A DNA stretch of 64,000 nucleotides from Macrostomum hystrix (Eukaryota; Animalia; Platyhelminthes), in NCBI GenBank assembly GCA_950097015.1, contig CATNEN010000039.1:12710001-12774000 (forward strand). The letters run 5' to 3'. Under the pieces are notes generated by a model. That model was not told the DNA's origin. It ran no database searches and worked only from the letters and a program-made list of their open reading frames with translations. Positions within the stretch are counted from its first letter, which is position 1, and every line of letters begins with the position of its first letter. Of this stretch, positions 12,007 to 22,603 are shown piece after piece. A program made the position numbers and the translations under genes.

Positions 12007-14382
12007 ATGAAAGCTACTGGTAATTCGCCAACTTCCGAAAGTTCCTACGAGAAGTCACAGCGACGGTTGAAAACACCGACTGGGCTATCTGCCGACGAAC
12101 GTGCTCGACCAACATCTCGCCCAGGTCTGCCACCATCAATCCGACGCACCAGCCGCCCGTCCAGGTCGCCGATCAAGAGGATCCAAGTCCTAGATCACCC
12201 AGCAGCAGCCTCCGGTGACTCCACTGACGCCACACCTGCAGGTCAAGAAGGTCAAAGGTTAGAAAAGCCAACATATACTGCCACACCTGACAATAGATTC
12301 GACATGCCTACTGAGGATGTTGATCTCGATGCCCAGCCGACAACACTGCCAAAGCCTGCCGTCGATATCGATGGCCAAGTCGTCCTGCCGCAACAGCCAG
12401 ACACCTCTGAAAGGGAGGAATTCGAACCCGAGTTAGATGCTCTACTAGCCTACCTACCTAACATGCTAAAGGACAAAGCTGACCAAATCTATCATCGCCT
12501 AATGACTGACGTAGCCCCACTCGCCAAGCGCATTCATGCCAACCGATCCGTCTACTGGGTGGGCCCAGCCTACCGCTACAAAGGAGCCACTCTACCTGAG
12601 AACAACAACTGGCATGGCCTAATCGCTGAAATTGGCGAATTTCTACATCAAAAAGCTGACCTTGGCCTACCTAAATTCAACAGCTGCATAGTCAACATCT
12701 ACCACGATGCCAAAGACTTCATCCCGTACCATGCAGATGACGAGCCAGAACTAGGCGAAGACCCCATTATCGCGACAGTCTCCTTTGGCGCTGTCCGAAA
12801 TTTTCAGCTCAAATCTAAAGGCTCAAAAAGACTACTACTATCCCTGCCTACTCTACCGGGATCACTAATAACGATGGTGGGAGCCTGCCAACGCAAACTA
12901 CTTCACCGCATCGAACAAGGCAAGCGATCTGATAATCAGGCTCGGATTTCACTTACCTACCGAGTCACTGGCTGCCTGAGTGATGTCGGAAGCGCTGGCC
13001 ACAACAACGGCAACGAGACGAGACCTAGCACGACAGCGGCACCGGCCCTGATGAGAGCGACGACATCGGCGGCGGCGGCGGCGGCGGCGTCAGCATCTGC
13101 AGCATCATGGGGTCCTGTGACGGCAGCCTCCTACGCAAGCATAGCAGCAAAAAATCGGCCAAGAAGACCTCCAGCTCCTATCAAGCCAGTGGTCTTCGAG
13201 ACCTGCCGTGAAGGAGCCGAGAATCATATCAGCTTCCTGGAATGGCTACGCGACAACTTTGGCGGTCTAGCCAGAGCCACCGACACCAAGCCGCTGACGC
13301 ACTCATACGGCTATGTTGTGTTCCCAGCGACTGAAAAGGACCACAACATCTTCCTTCACGAGCCTCTACGCGTCACTGAATTCTTCGGTGAAGCGATTCT
13401 GAGACGCCAAGCTCGAACACGACCACTCGATGATCGCCGACCAGCCGACTTCGGCAAAGACATCATCATCAGACGCCCTACGGCCAACTTCGTCATCACC
13501 AATGTCCCATCATCCGTCACCGAAGCCCAGCTCCTCTGCCTGCTCAAAGACCAACTTGGGCTGAAGATCAAGTCCGTCAAACGGATCATCTCCAGAGCAA
13601 CTGGGCAATCGACTACCATGTTCCGTGCCTTTGCAGAAAACCAGGAAACTGCAGAGTTCTGCATAAAAAACGGAATCGATGCTGACTTCTGCACCTTTCC
13701 ATGCGAGGCCAGCAGATCCGAAGAGCCTGCCTTTGCAGTCCAATGCCGCAACTGCCAATCCTTCGGCCACAGGACTCAAGCGTGCAACCAAGCCAGGCGC
13801 TGCCGAATCTGCGGCCAAGACCATGAATGGGAAGACTGCACAGAACAGCTAGCCACCTGTGCCAACTGCGGAGGCAACCACAGGACCACATCGCGCTTCT
13901 GTCCACATGCAGCTGAACAGCATCGTGCCGCTACAGCCAAGGTTGCGCAAATTCGCCAACAGCAACAACCACAGCAAACTGCCACTGAGTCGGGAGCCGC
14001 TGCCGCCGCTGCCACCGCTGCCGCCGCTGCCGCCACCGACAACTCCACCAACGACGCCAATGACGAGCACTGGCTTCACCCCCCTCATCAGCCCAGAGCG
14101 ATCCCAGCGGTCGTCGAATCGAGCGCCATGTTGGCTGCAACGCCGGCGACCTCTGTGGCATCGATCTGCGGAAAAGTGAGTGCAAATGTAAACGCGAACC
14201 CTGAAGCACTGTTAGGCAATCTACTGCCCCTACTTATCCGTGTATTAGTCCAAGTGCTAATGGCAGTCCTGGTCCGACCGGATGGGAGCGCACCCAGCGC
14301 GGACTCGATCAGTCAAACGGTCGAAGAAACGCTGCGCAATGTGCTTCCCAGTCTGGGCGGTCTGGGGGCCAAAAGCACTTGA
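12007..14382 (+). CDS. LINE ORF1: AlkB-type 2OG-Fe(II) dioxygenase fused to gag-like protein with three CCHC zinc knuckles
   Basis: FNSCIVNIY...YHADDE...IATVSFG...LLHRI...RISLTYR (HxD..H..RxxxxxR) at about 12520-12966; knuckles CRNCQSFGHRTQAC, CRICGQDHEWEDC, CANCGGNHRTTSRFC at 13744-13902. First ATG at 12007; frame is open from TTG at 11947. Confidence 0.92.
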   Translation: MKATGNSPTSESSYEKSQRRLKTPTGLSADERARPTSRPGLPPSIRRTSRPSRSPIKRIQVLDHPAAASGDSTDATPAGQEGQRLEKPTYTATPDNRFDMPTEDVDLDAQPTTLPKPAVDIDGQVVLPQQPDTSEREEFEPELDALLAYLPNMLKDKADQIYHRLMTDVAPLAKRIHANRSVYWVGPAYRYKGATLPENNNWHGLIAEIGEFLHQKADLGLPKFNSCIVNIYHDAKDFIPYHADDEPELGEDPIIATVSFGAVRNFQLKSKGSKRLLLSLPTLPGSLITMVGACQRKLLHRIEQGKRSDNQARISLTYRVTGCLSDVGSAGHNNGNETRPSTTAAPALMRATTSAAAAAAASASAASWGPVTAASYASIAAKNRPRRPPAPIKPVVFETCREGAENHISFLEWLRDNFGGLARATDTKPLTHSYGYVVFPATEKDHNIFLHEPLRVTEFFGEAILRRQARTRPLDDRRPADFGKDIIIRRPTANFVITNVPSSVTEAQLLCLLKDQLGLKIKSVKRIISRATGQSTTMFRAFAENQETAEFCIKNGIDADFCTFPCEASRSEEPAFAVQCRNCQSFGHRTQACNQARRCRICGQDHEWEDCTEQLATCANCGGNHRTTSRFCPHAAEQHRAATAKVAQIRQQQQPQQTATESGAAAAAATAAAAAATDNSTNDANDEHWLHPPHQPRAIPAVVESSAMLAATPATSVASICGKVSANVNANPEALLGNLLPLLIRVLVQVLMAVLVRPDGSAPSADSISQTVEETLRNVLPSLGGLGAKST

Positions 14383-14438
14383 GACTGTGAACAATTAGAT
14401 TCAGTGATCAAAATTCAAATTCTAAACCTAGGACAAAT

Positions 14439-17303
14439 ATGGGTCAAAACCTGAATCCAAACCCAAATCAAAACTCAAACCCAAACTTCGCTTCGTGTCC
14501 AGGCAACAGTCTCAAAATTGTCCACCTAAACTGCAGAGGTTTCATGCCCAAAATCAGAGAAATTAAACAGTGGTTAGCTGAGGAAAAATTTGACATCGCA
14601 CTCTTCTCAGAGACCCTTCTAAAAAGCTCGCATGTAACCCAAATCCCAGGTTACTCCATCATCAGATTTGATCAACCCCACGCTAAAAGAGGTCTTCTCA
14701 TGGCACACTCTCCTCGAGTAAAAATTTTAAATGTCAAGTTTCTTTATCAAAACTCGCATGAAATAATATCTGGGCTTGTTGAATCATCTGATGATTCCTC
14801 ACCAGCTTTCAACATTCATCTGGTTTATCGATCACCTAAACCCGATCAGCTTGATATCTCCCTGCTCTCCAGCCTCATGTCAACAAGCAGACGCTCACTC
14901 CTTCTTGGAGACTTAAACGCGAGGCACCACTTCCTGGGTGGACAAAGCCAGATCAACCAAGCAGGCAAACAACTATATGAATGGCTGTCCGAAGACCCAG
15001 ACCCACCGATTGTGTTAAACACGCCAGGAGACTTTACCCGTATTGCCCACAAAAAGGGGACAGTCTCTCGAAATGTCCTAGACCTCGGACTCGCTACCAG
15101 CCCCATGCTAAATTCTGTTCGTGACTTCTATGTTGGGAAGGATCTGAACAGTGATCATCTTCCCATCATGACTATTCTTGATTCAAATAGTCGAGCTTGG
15201 ACCGGTCCAGAAAAAAGGAAAAACTTTGAAAAAACTGACTGGAACAAATTTCACCAGCATCTCTACAACTGTCTACAAACTTCTGTACAAAATAGCCTAT
15301 CATCAGAGGCTGAAATTGATGCAGAAGTTGAAATAATCACAAACGCAATAAACCAGGCAGTCCAAGAAACAGTGCCAGATGTCAAACCTCAGCAACCACT
15401 GCCACCATTTATTATAATAAAAATCAAAGAACGCCGAAGACTGCGTCGCCTGTTTCACACCACTAGATGTGATCAATACAGGAAGGATGCAAATAAATTA
15501 GCAAACGACATCAAACGCGACATTTCTGATTTCCAAAACAACAAATTCACAAAAATCTGCGACAACATTGTTGAAAAAAGCAAAACTCACAAAGTAAAAA
15601 ATTTCTGGCATGACGCCAAATCACTCATGGGAAAAAGAAAAGCCTCAAACATCCCCTCCCTGTCTGTGGGATCCCAATATGCCCACACAGATCAGGATAA
15701 GGCCGAGCTCCTGGCTGACACTCTTGATTCCAAGATGAAGCCTATTCCCTCCACAAACCCCAACATCACTGCACAGGTTACGCAAACTGCCAAACTTCCC
15801 CTTTTTCGGCCTATTCCGCCAAGCTCTTCCAAACCTAACGACATCCTCGAAGTTGAATTCACTGTCATGGACACTGTCTGGGAACTCGCACACCTCCGAG
15901 AAGATGGAGCGCCAGGTCTGGATAAAATCCCAAACTGTGTCCTCAAACATGGCCTAGAAGCCTTGGCCATAAACCGCATCACCTCTCTATTCAATGCATG
16001 CTTCCAACAAGGCATCTTCCCAACAGCATGGAAAAAAGCTGTTGTCACAATGATCCCAAAACCTGATAAGCCCCCTGAATTTCCAAACTCGTACAGACCG
16101 ATTAGCCTTACCTCCTGCCTTGGCAAGGTGTTTGAAAAATTACTTGCTAAAAGACTAACAAAATTCTTAGAAAAATTTCAAATACTTGGCGAAGACCAAT
16201 GTGCCTACAGAAGAGTGCACTCTACCTATGATAACCTCTGCAGAGTAGTTCAAGACGTGATGAACTGCAAATGCAAATCAAAAAGACTCATAGCAATTTT
16301 CTTAGACATTGAAGCTGCCTTTGACTCAGCCTGGCACGATATGATCAGACAAATGATGCTAAACATCAGGCTTCCAAATATGCTGACCCGAATTTTTTCA
16401 AACTACCTTGACAGTAGAGAAATTCAAGTCAGAGTAAATGGCAAACTCAGCAGAATTCGAAAAATCCAAGCAGGAGTGCCGCAGGGAGGTATCCTCAGTC
16501 CTCTTCTTTATCTGCTCTATGTTAGCACTATGCCAGCACCTCCACATCCAAACCTAAAAAGAAGCCAGTTTGCGGATGACATGGCAATCTGGGCTATTGC
16601 GGACACCTTTAATGGTATTAAACTTCTCATCCAACCTTACCTAGATAGGGTTGTCAACTGGTGTGGTGAACACGGAATTAAACTCAATGCATCCAAAAGC
16701 GCAGCCATCGCTTTCAATTACACTCCACCAAATCACGTAGATCTTAGACCTGCCTTAAAAGTGGGTAATATCCGCATTCCCTATAACACCACGATTCGCT
16801 TCTTAGGGATTATACTGGATCAAAAATTGAACCTAAATGCCCACATTGACAAAATGGTTGCAACCTGCAGAGCCATCATCATGTCTCTTCGCCGAATTTC
16901 CAAACTGACTAAATTGAGCAGTGTCAAACTCAAACTACTATATCGAGCATACGCCGAAAGTGCTCTTACCTATGGAGCACCCATCCTTAACATCATAACT
17001 CTGCGAAACCTTGAAAGGCTCCAGAAACTGCAAAACCTCGCCCTGAGAATCTGTTATGACGCACCCAGCTATACAAAAATCAGCTACTTGCATGACATGG
17101 CATGCATGCCCATGATTGCGGATCGAATCCGATCCCTTTCAGTTAGCTGGCTGGCCAAAGTCAAAAAAGCAAAACTCCACGGCTTTCATGTTCCCCCACT
17201 TCCCCCAAACACAAACAGACTTGTTCCAATGCCCATTCTAAATGTCCTAGAATCCGCACTGCAACGTCGCGTTGCAAATAGAGCACCACAAAACAGTTTG
17301 TGA
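14439..17303 (+). CDS. LINE ORF2: AP-like endonuclease + reverse transcriptase (no RNase H)
   Basis: APE motifs HLNCRG, SET, LLGDLNARH, LDL, SDHLP; RT motifs APGLD, YRPISL, FLDIEAAFD, GVPQGGILSP, FADD, FLG. Confidence 0.97.
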   Translation: MGQNLNPNPNQNSNPNFASCPGNSLKIVHLNCRGFMPKIREIKQWLAEEKFDIALFSETLLKSSHVTQIPGYSIIRFDQPHAKRGLLMAHSPRVKILNVKFLYQNSHEIISGLVESSDDSSPAFNIHLVYRSPKPDQLDISLLSSLMSTSRRSLLLGDLNARHHFLGGQSQINQAGKQLYEWLSEDPDPPIVLNTPGDFTRIAHKKGTVSRNVLDLGLATSPMLNSVRDFYVGKDLNSDHLPIMTILDSNSRAWTGPEKRKNFEKTDWNKFHQHLYNCLQTSVQNSLSSEAEIDAEVEIITNAINQAVQETVPDVKPQQPLPPFIIIKIKERRRLRRLFHTTRCDQYRKDANKLANDIKRDISDFQNNKFTKICDNIVEKSKTHKVKNFWHDAKSLMGKRKASNIPSLSVGSQYAHTDQDKAELLADTLDSKMKPIPSTNPNITAQVTQTAKLPLFRPIPPSSSKPNDILEVEFTVMDTVWELAHLREDGAPGLDKIPNCVLKHGLEALAINRITSLFNACFQQGIFPTAWKKAVVTMIPKPDKPPEFPNSYRPISLTSCLGKVFEKLLAKRLTKFLEKFQILGEDQCAYRRVHSTYDNLCRVVQDVMNCKCKSKRLIAIFLDIEAAFDSAWHDMIRQMMLNIRLPNMLTRIFSNYLDSREIQVRVNGKLSRIRKIQAGVPQGGILSPLLYLLYVSTMPAPPHPNLKRSQFADDMAIWAIADTFNGIKLLIQPYLDRVVNWCGEHGIKLNASKSAAIAFNYTPPNHVDLRPALKVGNIRIPYNTTIRFLGIILDQKLNLNAHIDKMVATCRAIIMSLRRISKLTKLSSVKLKLLYRAYAESALTYGAPILNIITLRNLERLQKLQNLALRICYDAPSYTKISYLHDMACMPMIADRIRSLSVSWLAKVKKAKLHGFHVPPLPPNTNRLVPMPILNVLESALQRRVANRAPQNSL

Positions 17304-18913
17304 TGCTAGGTTGCCATGGTTTCAATCCCACCAGTTATACCTTACCAAAAGTCCTGTTCCATACCAACTAACTAAATAGCCAGTTGGCTAAGATGCTTAT
17401 CCCCAACCTGAATGGTCCCAGCTTCTTACCCACTTAGCAAATTATCTGTTCTCCCATTTCTTTTGTCTCTTAAATGAACTATACTAAACGACCAAACCTC
17501 CAACAACTAGAATTTTACGAAAGCAATATACTATCTAATAAGCCTGAGTAGGTAGGGGCAGTAGAGCGCAGCCATACACACCGAAAGTCAATATTTGTTT
17601 CTAGTAAATTGTATTTCTTCTCTTCATAACAACGACTGTACTTATCTTTTAGCCATTTTTATGCATGCGCTTAAACTCGAGATTAAAACCACTGCGTTTT
17701 TTTTAAACTCACAACCTTGTTTTTATCACTAACCTGCCACAAAATATTTTTGCTGATTATTCCCCCACCCTGACTCGCGTCTGAAATCATCTAAATTCAA
17801 TAATCTTTCAAATGCTTTGTAACCTCAATACTCGTATTCTGAAATTCTAAACTTTTGTCTCAAACCCAAATATGCTAAATATTTCGTGCACTTTTACACC
17901 CATAACCAATAAACTCTCCAAATAATGTCAACTGTAACATTTATATAACGAATGTACATATTACTCTATCTAACCAATCATGTGAAATTGTACCTTTAAA
18001 AACGTGATAGACACGATACTGTTATACTCTCCACATTCTGCATGATTCAGCAATAAAAAACACACAGACAACAAGTCACCCACCTCAATGGCGCAACTAA
18101 ACATCTGCCACCTTATTACAATCATCTCAATGTAACCTTAGGCTCTCAATAACAACAACCACCCCAGTCCTAAACAGGAGGGCCCGCAAATCATAATATT
18201 GCACAGTAATCTTGGATGATCTCACCCAAACCACTCAAATTTAGACAAATATTCATTCCGATGATTCCGACTACTCACAGTAGCACGTTCCTCATTTCTT
18301 ATTTAGAAAAACAATAAAATCAAAACTCAAAATTCTGTATATAATAAAATTCTATGCCGCTCTGCGTTTTAAATCTCCCCATTTTATTCTGACCCTGTCT
18401 TTGTGGGGGCTTCTCCCGTTTTATTTCCCTTGCTTACTGTATGACAGATCGGCGCATATACTACTCGATTCTGCTTTATATTCGACATACAAATAATCAA
18501 ACAAAAATATAAATCGTCAGCAGTAGAGTGCTCCGGCACTGAGCTGCAGCCCTTTCGGCAATATCGTTTTACTACTACTGCGAAGACTCTCTTTTTTGCA
18601 TGGTAAGACACCGTGCGGATCCAATTGAGCGATCTGCTGTATTTTTGACAAGCCGCACCCAGACTGCGGCTGCCTAATAAAACTAATAAAATACAAAAGC
18701 TAGTGGTGCCTGCCGTAGAAAAGTACACAAATTTGCAAACTTGATAAAGCAATTCGCTGCATGATTACTCTTTCATTGGTTGCTTGCAATTCTTATAGTT
18801 GCCAATCAAAAATATATTGTTTTCAAAGATTGACTGATTGATTTGTCCAACCAATATTACAATATACTCGACTGAATTGAGTATATATGCCAGTTTGGCC
18901 GCTTCCAGCCAGT

Positions 18914-19033
18914 GGCAACGGCCATACCACGTTGAAAACACCGGTTCTCGTCCGATCACCGAAGTTAAGCAACGTTGGGTTTGGTTAGTACTTGGATGGG
19001 TGACCGCCTGGGAATACCAAATGCTGTTGTCTT
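18914..19033 (+). rRNA. 5S rRNA: 5S rRNA gene
   Basis: Copy of 908-1027. Confidence 0.97.
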
Positions 19034-19482
19034 TTTTGCCTTTTCTACCATGCAATTAACTAAAACCACAGACAGCACAGGTCTGGCCTGGCCTAGCCGG
19101 GCCTCATTATTCAATTAAATAAATTGCGTCGGTTTTATTACAATTTACATTTTACACCAACTGCGAGACTGCATTATGCAATCATTCTCAATCTACATCT
19201 ATAGATGTAAAAAATGCACAACAGCATCGATTGATCGATACCTGAGCGAGCCAGCTTATACTAATTTGGTTGCAGTTTGATCTAAATTTCTCTGTTGATC
19301 TTGGCTTTTTCCAAACATATCGGCCTGCAAGTACAAAATTACTAGGTGCATAATTTTTGCCTGCTCTCCCCGGCATCGAGTACTTGCAGTAAGGTACCCT
19401 TGGCCGATACTAAAATGCCTTCGGGACGCCCTAGCTAAAACAATAGTTAATTGGCGAGGCGAAATTTGATTATCGAACCTTT

Positions 19483-19598
19483 GCCGAATTCAGTCGGTCT
19501 CTTACTGCGAAGACTCTCTTTTTTGCATGGTAAGACACCGTGCGGATCCAATTGAGCGATCTGCTGTATTTTTGACAAGCCGCACCCAGACTGCGGCT
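19483..19598 (+). ncRNA. SL RNA: SL RNA gene
   Basis: Copy of 550-665. Confidence 0.9.
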
Positions 19599-19840
19599 GC
19601 CTAATAAAACTAATAAAATACAAAAGCTAGTGGTGCCTGCCGTAGAAAAGTACACAAATTTGCAAACTTGATAAAGCAATTCGCTGCATGATTACTCTTT
19701 CATTGGTTGCTTGCAATTCTTATAGTTGCCAATCAAAAATATATTGTTTTCAAAGATTGACTGATTGATTTGTCCAACCAATATTACAATATACTCGACT
19801 GAATTGAGTATATATGCCAGTTTGGCCGCTTCCAGCCAGT

Positions 19841-19960
19841 GGCAACGGCCATACCACGTTGAAAACACCGGTTCTCGTCCGATCACCGAAGTTAAGCAAC
19901 GTTGGGTTTGGTTAGTACTTGGATGGGTGACCGCCTGGGAATACCAAATGCTGTTGTCTT
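19841..19960 (+). rRNA. 5S rRNA: 5S rRNA gene
   Basis: Copy of 908-1027. Confidence 0.97.
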
Positions 19961-20409
19961 TTTTGCCTTTTCTACCATGCAATTAACTAAAACCACAGAC
20001 AGCACAGGTCTGGCCTGGCCTAGCCGGGCCTCATTATTCAATTAAATAAATTGCGTCGGTTTTATTACAATTTACATTTTACACCAACTGCGAGACTGCA
20101 TTATGCAATCATTCTCAATCTACATCTATAGATGTAAAAAATGCACAACAGCATCGATTGATCGATACCTGAGCGAGCCAGCTTATACTAATTTGGTTGC
20201 AGTTTGATCTAAATTTCTCTGTTGATCTTGGCTTTTTCCAAACATATCGGCCTGCAAGTACAAAATTACTAGGTGCATAATTTTTGCCTGCTCTCCCCGG
20301 CATCGAGTACTTGCAGTAAGGTAACCTTGGCCGATACTAAAATGCCTTCGGGACGCCCTAGCTAAAACAATAGTTAATTGGCGAGGCGAAATTTGATTAT
20401 CGAACCTTT

Positions 20410-20525
20410 GCCGAATTCAGTCGGTCTCTTACTGCGAAGACTCTCTTTTTTGCATGGTAAGACACCGTGCGGATCCAATTGAGCGATCTGCTGTATTTTT
20501 GACAAGCCGCACCCAGACTGCGGCT
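20410..20525 (+). ncRNA. SL RNA: SL RNA gene
   Basis: Copy of 550-665. Confidence 0.9.
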
Positions 20526-20767
20526 GCCTAATAAAACTAATAAAATACAAAAGCTAGTGGTGCCTGCCGTAGAAAAGTACACAAATTTGCAAACTTGATA
20601 AAGCAATTCGCTGCATGATTACTCTTTCATTGGTTGCTTGCAATTCTTATAGTTGCCAATCAAAAATATATTGTTTTCAAAGATTGACTGATTGATTTGT
20701 CCAACCAATATTACAATATACTCGACTGAATTGAGTATATATGCCAGTTTGGCCGCTTCCAGCCAGT

Positions 20768-20887
20768 GGCAACGGCCATACCACGTTGAAAACACCGGTT
20801 CTCGTCCGATCACCGAAGTTAAGCAACGTTGGGTTTGGTTAGTACTTGGATGGGTGACCGCCTGGGAATACCAAATGCTGTTGTCTT
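20768..20887 (+). rRNA. 5S rRNA: 5S rRNA gene
   Basis: Copy of 908-1027. Confidence 0.97.
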
Positions 20888-21336
20888 TTTTGCCTTTTCT
20901 ACCATGCAATTAACTAAAACCACAGACAGCACAGGTCTGGCCTGGCCTAGCCGGGCCTCATTATTCAATTAAATAAATTGCGTCGGTTTTATTACAATTT
21001 ACATTTTACACCAACCGCGAGACTGCATTATGCAATCATTCTCAATCTACATCTATAGATGTAAAAAATGCACAACAGCATCGATTGATCGATACCTGAG
21101 CGAGCCAGCTTATACTAATTTGGTTGCAGTTTGATCTAAATTTCTCTGTTGATCTTGGCTTTTTCCAAACATATCGGCCTGCAAGTACAAAATTACTAGG
21201 TGCATAATTTTTGCATGCTCTCCCCGGCATCGAGTACTTGCAGTAAGGTACCCTTGGCCGATACTAAAATGCCTTCGGGACGCCCTAGCTAAAACAATAG
21301 TTAATTGGCGAGGCGAAATTTGATTATCGAACCTTT

Positions 21337-21452
21337 GCCGAATTCAGTCGGTCTCTTACTGCGAAGACTCCCTTTTTTGCATGGTAAGACACCGTGCGGA
21401 TCCGATTGAGCGATCTGCTGTATTTTTGACAAGCCGCACCCAGACTGCGGCT
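21337..21452 (+). ncRNA. SL RNA: SL RNA gene, minor variant (GACTCCC leader, TCCGATTG intron)
   Basis: Copy of 550-665 with two linked substitutions. Confidence 0.88.
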
Positions 21453-21694
21453 GCCTAATAAAACTAATAAAATACAAAAGCTAGTGGTGCCTGCCGTAGA
21501 AAAGTACACAAATTTGCAAACTTGATAAAGCAATTCGCTGCATGATTACTCTTTCATTGGTTGCTTGCAATTCTTATAGTTGCCAATCAAAAATATATTG
21601 TTTTCAAAGATTGACTGATTGATTTGTCCAACCAATATTACAATATACTCGACTGAATTGAGTATATATGCCAGTTTGGCCGCTTCCAGCCAGT

Positions 21695-21814
21695 GGCAAC
21701 GGCCATACCACGTTGAAAACACCGGTTCTCGTCCGATCACCGAAGTTAAGCAACGTTGGGTTTGGTTAGTACTTGGATGGGTGACCGCCTGGGAATACCA
21801 AATGCTGTTGTCTT
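21695..21814 (+). rRNA. 5S rRNA: 5S rRNA gene
   Basis: Copy of 908-1027. Confidence 0.97.
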
Positions 21815-22603
21815 TTTTGCCTTTTCTACCATGCAATTAACTAAAACCACAGACAGCACAGGTCTGGCCTGGCCTAGCCGGGCCTCATTATTCAATTAAA
21901 TAAATTGCGTCGGTTTTATTACAATTTACATTTTACACCAACTGCGAGACTGCATTATGCAATCATTCTCAATCTACATCTATAGATGTAAAAAATGCAC
22001 AACAGCATCGATTGATCGATACCTGAGCGAGCCAGCTTATACTAATTTGGTTGCAGTTTGATCTAAATTTCTCTGTTGATCTTGGCTTTTTCCAAACATA
22101 TCGGCCTGCAAGTACAAAATTACTAGGTGCATAATTTTTGCCTGCTCTCCCCGGCATCGAGTACTTGCAGTAAGGTAACCTTGGCCGATACTAAAATGCC
22201 TTCGGGACGCCCTAGCTAAAACAATAGTTAATTGGCGAGGCGAAATTTGATTATCGAACCTTTGCCGAATTCAGTCGGTCTCTTACTGCGAAGACTCTCT
22301 TCATTCTTATTCTCATTTACGCACGATCTCGAATTGCACTGTCGTAGCTGTGAATTCAATTAAATTATTTGTGTTATTGATTACTTGTTTTTACTCACCT
22401 GTCCGATTTCTGATTTTTTAAAGCCCAGTTTTCTCTGGCCCCATTGCACTGTACAATACACATTGCAAGTGGGCCCACCACCCTTTCCGCAGTCAGAGAC
22501 CGTCCCCCCCTGCCCAGTGCTAACTTTGTGAACTAGTTTATCTTTGTGCACAGCCCTCATAGTCACCAACCTACCTATCAAAGAATCTAAGAGTTCACCT
22601 ACT

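Larger units (their letters stand above)
11705..18578 (+). mobile_element. Full-length non-LTR retrotransposon (APE-RT, Jockey/I-group-like) inserted in the SL leader, copy 1
   Basis: Starts CATTCTTATTC; two intact ORFs; ~1.27 kb 3' UTR; (TAC)3 tail. TSD (TACT)GCGAAGACTCTCTT of 14-18 bp (11687-11704 / 18576-18593). Confidence 0.96.
11667..18671 (+). pseudogene. SL RNA gene interrupted by LINE copy 1 (5' part 11667-11704; 3' part 18576-18671)
   Basis: First 38 nt of the leader precede the element; leader nt 21 onward, donor and Sm site follow it. Confidence 0.9.

Noticed and set aside
13356-16126. Antisense ORFs inside the LINE
   Set aside because: Shadow frames of GC-rich or poly-Ala coding sequence with no recognisable motifs.
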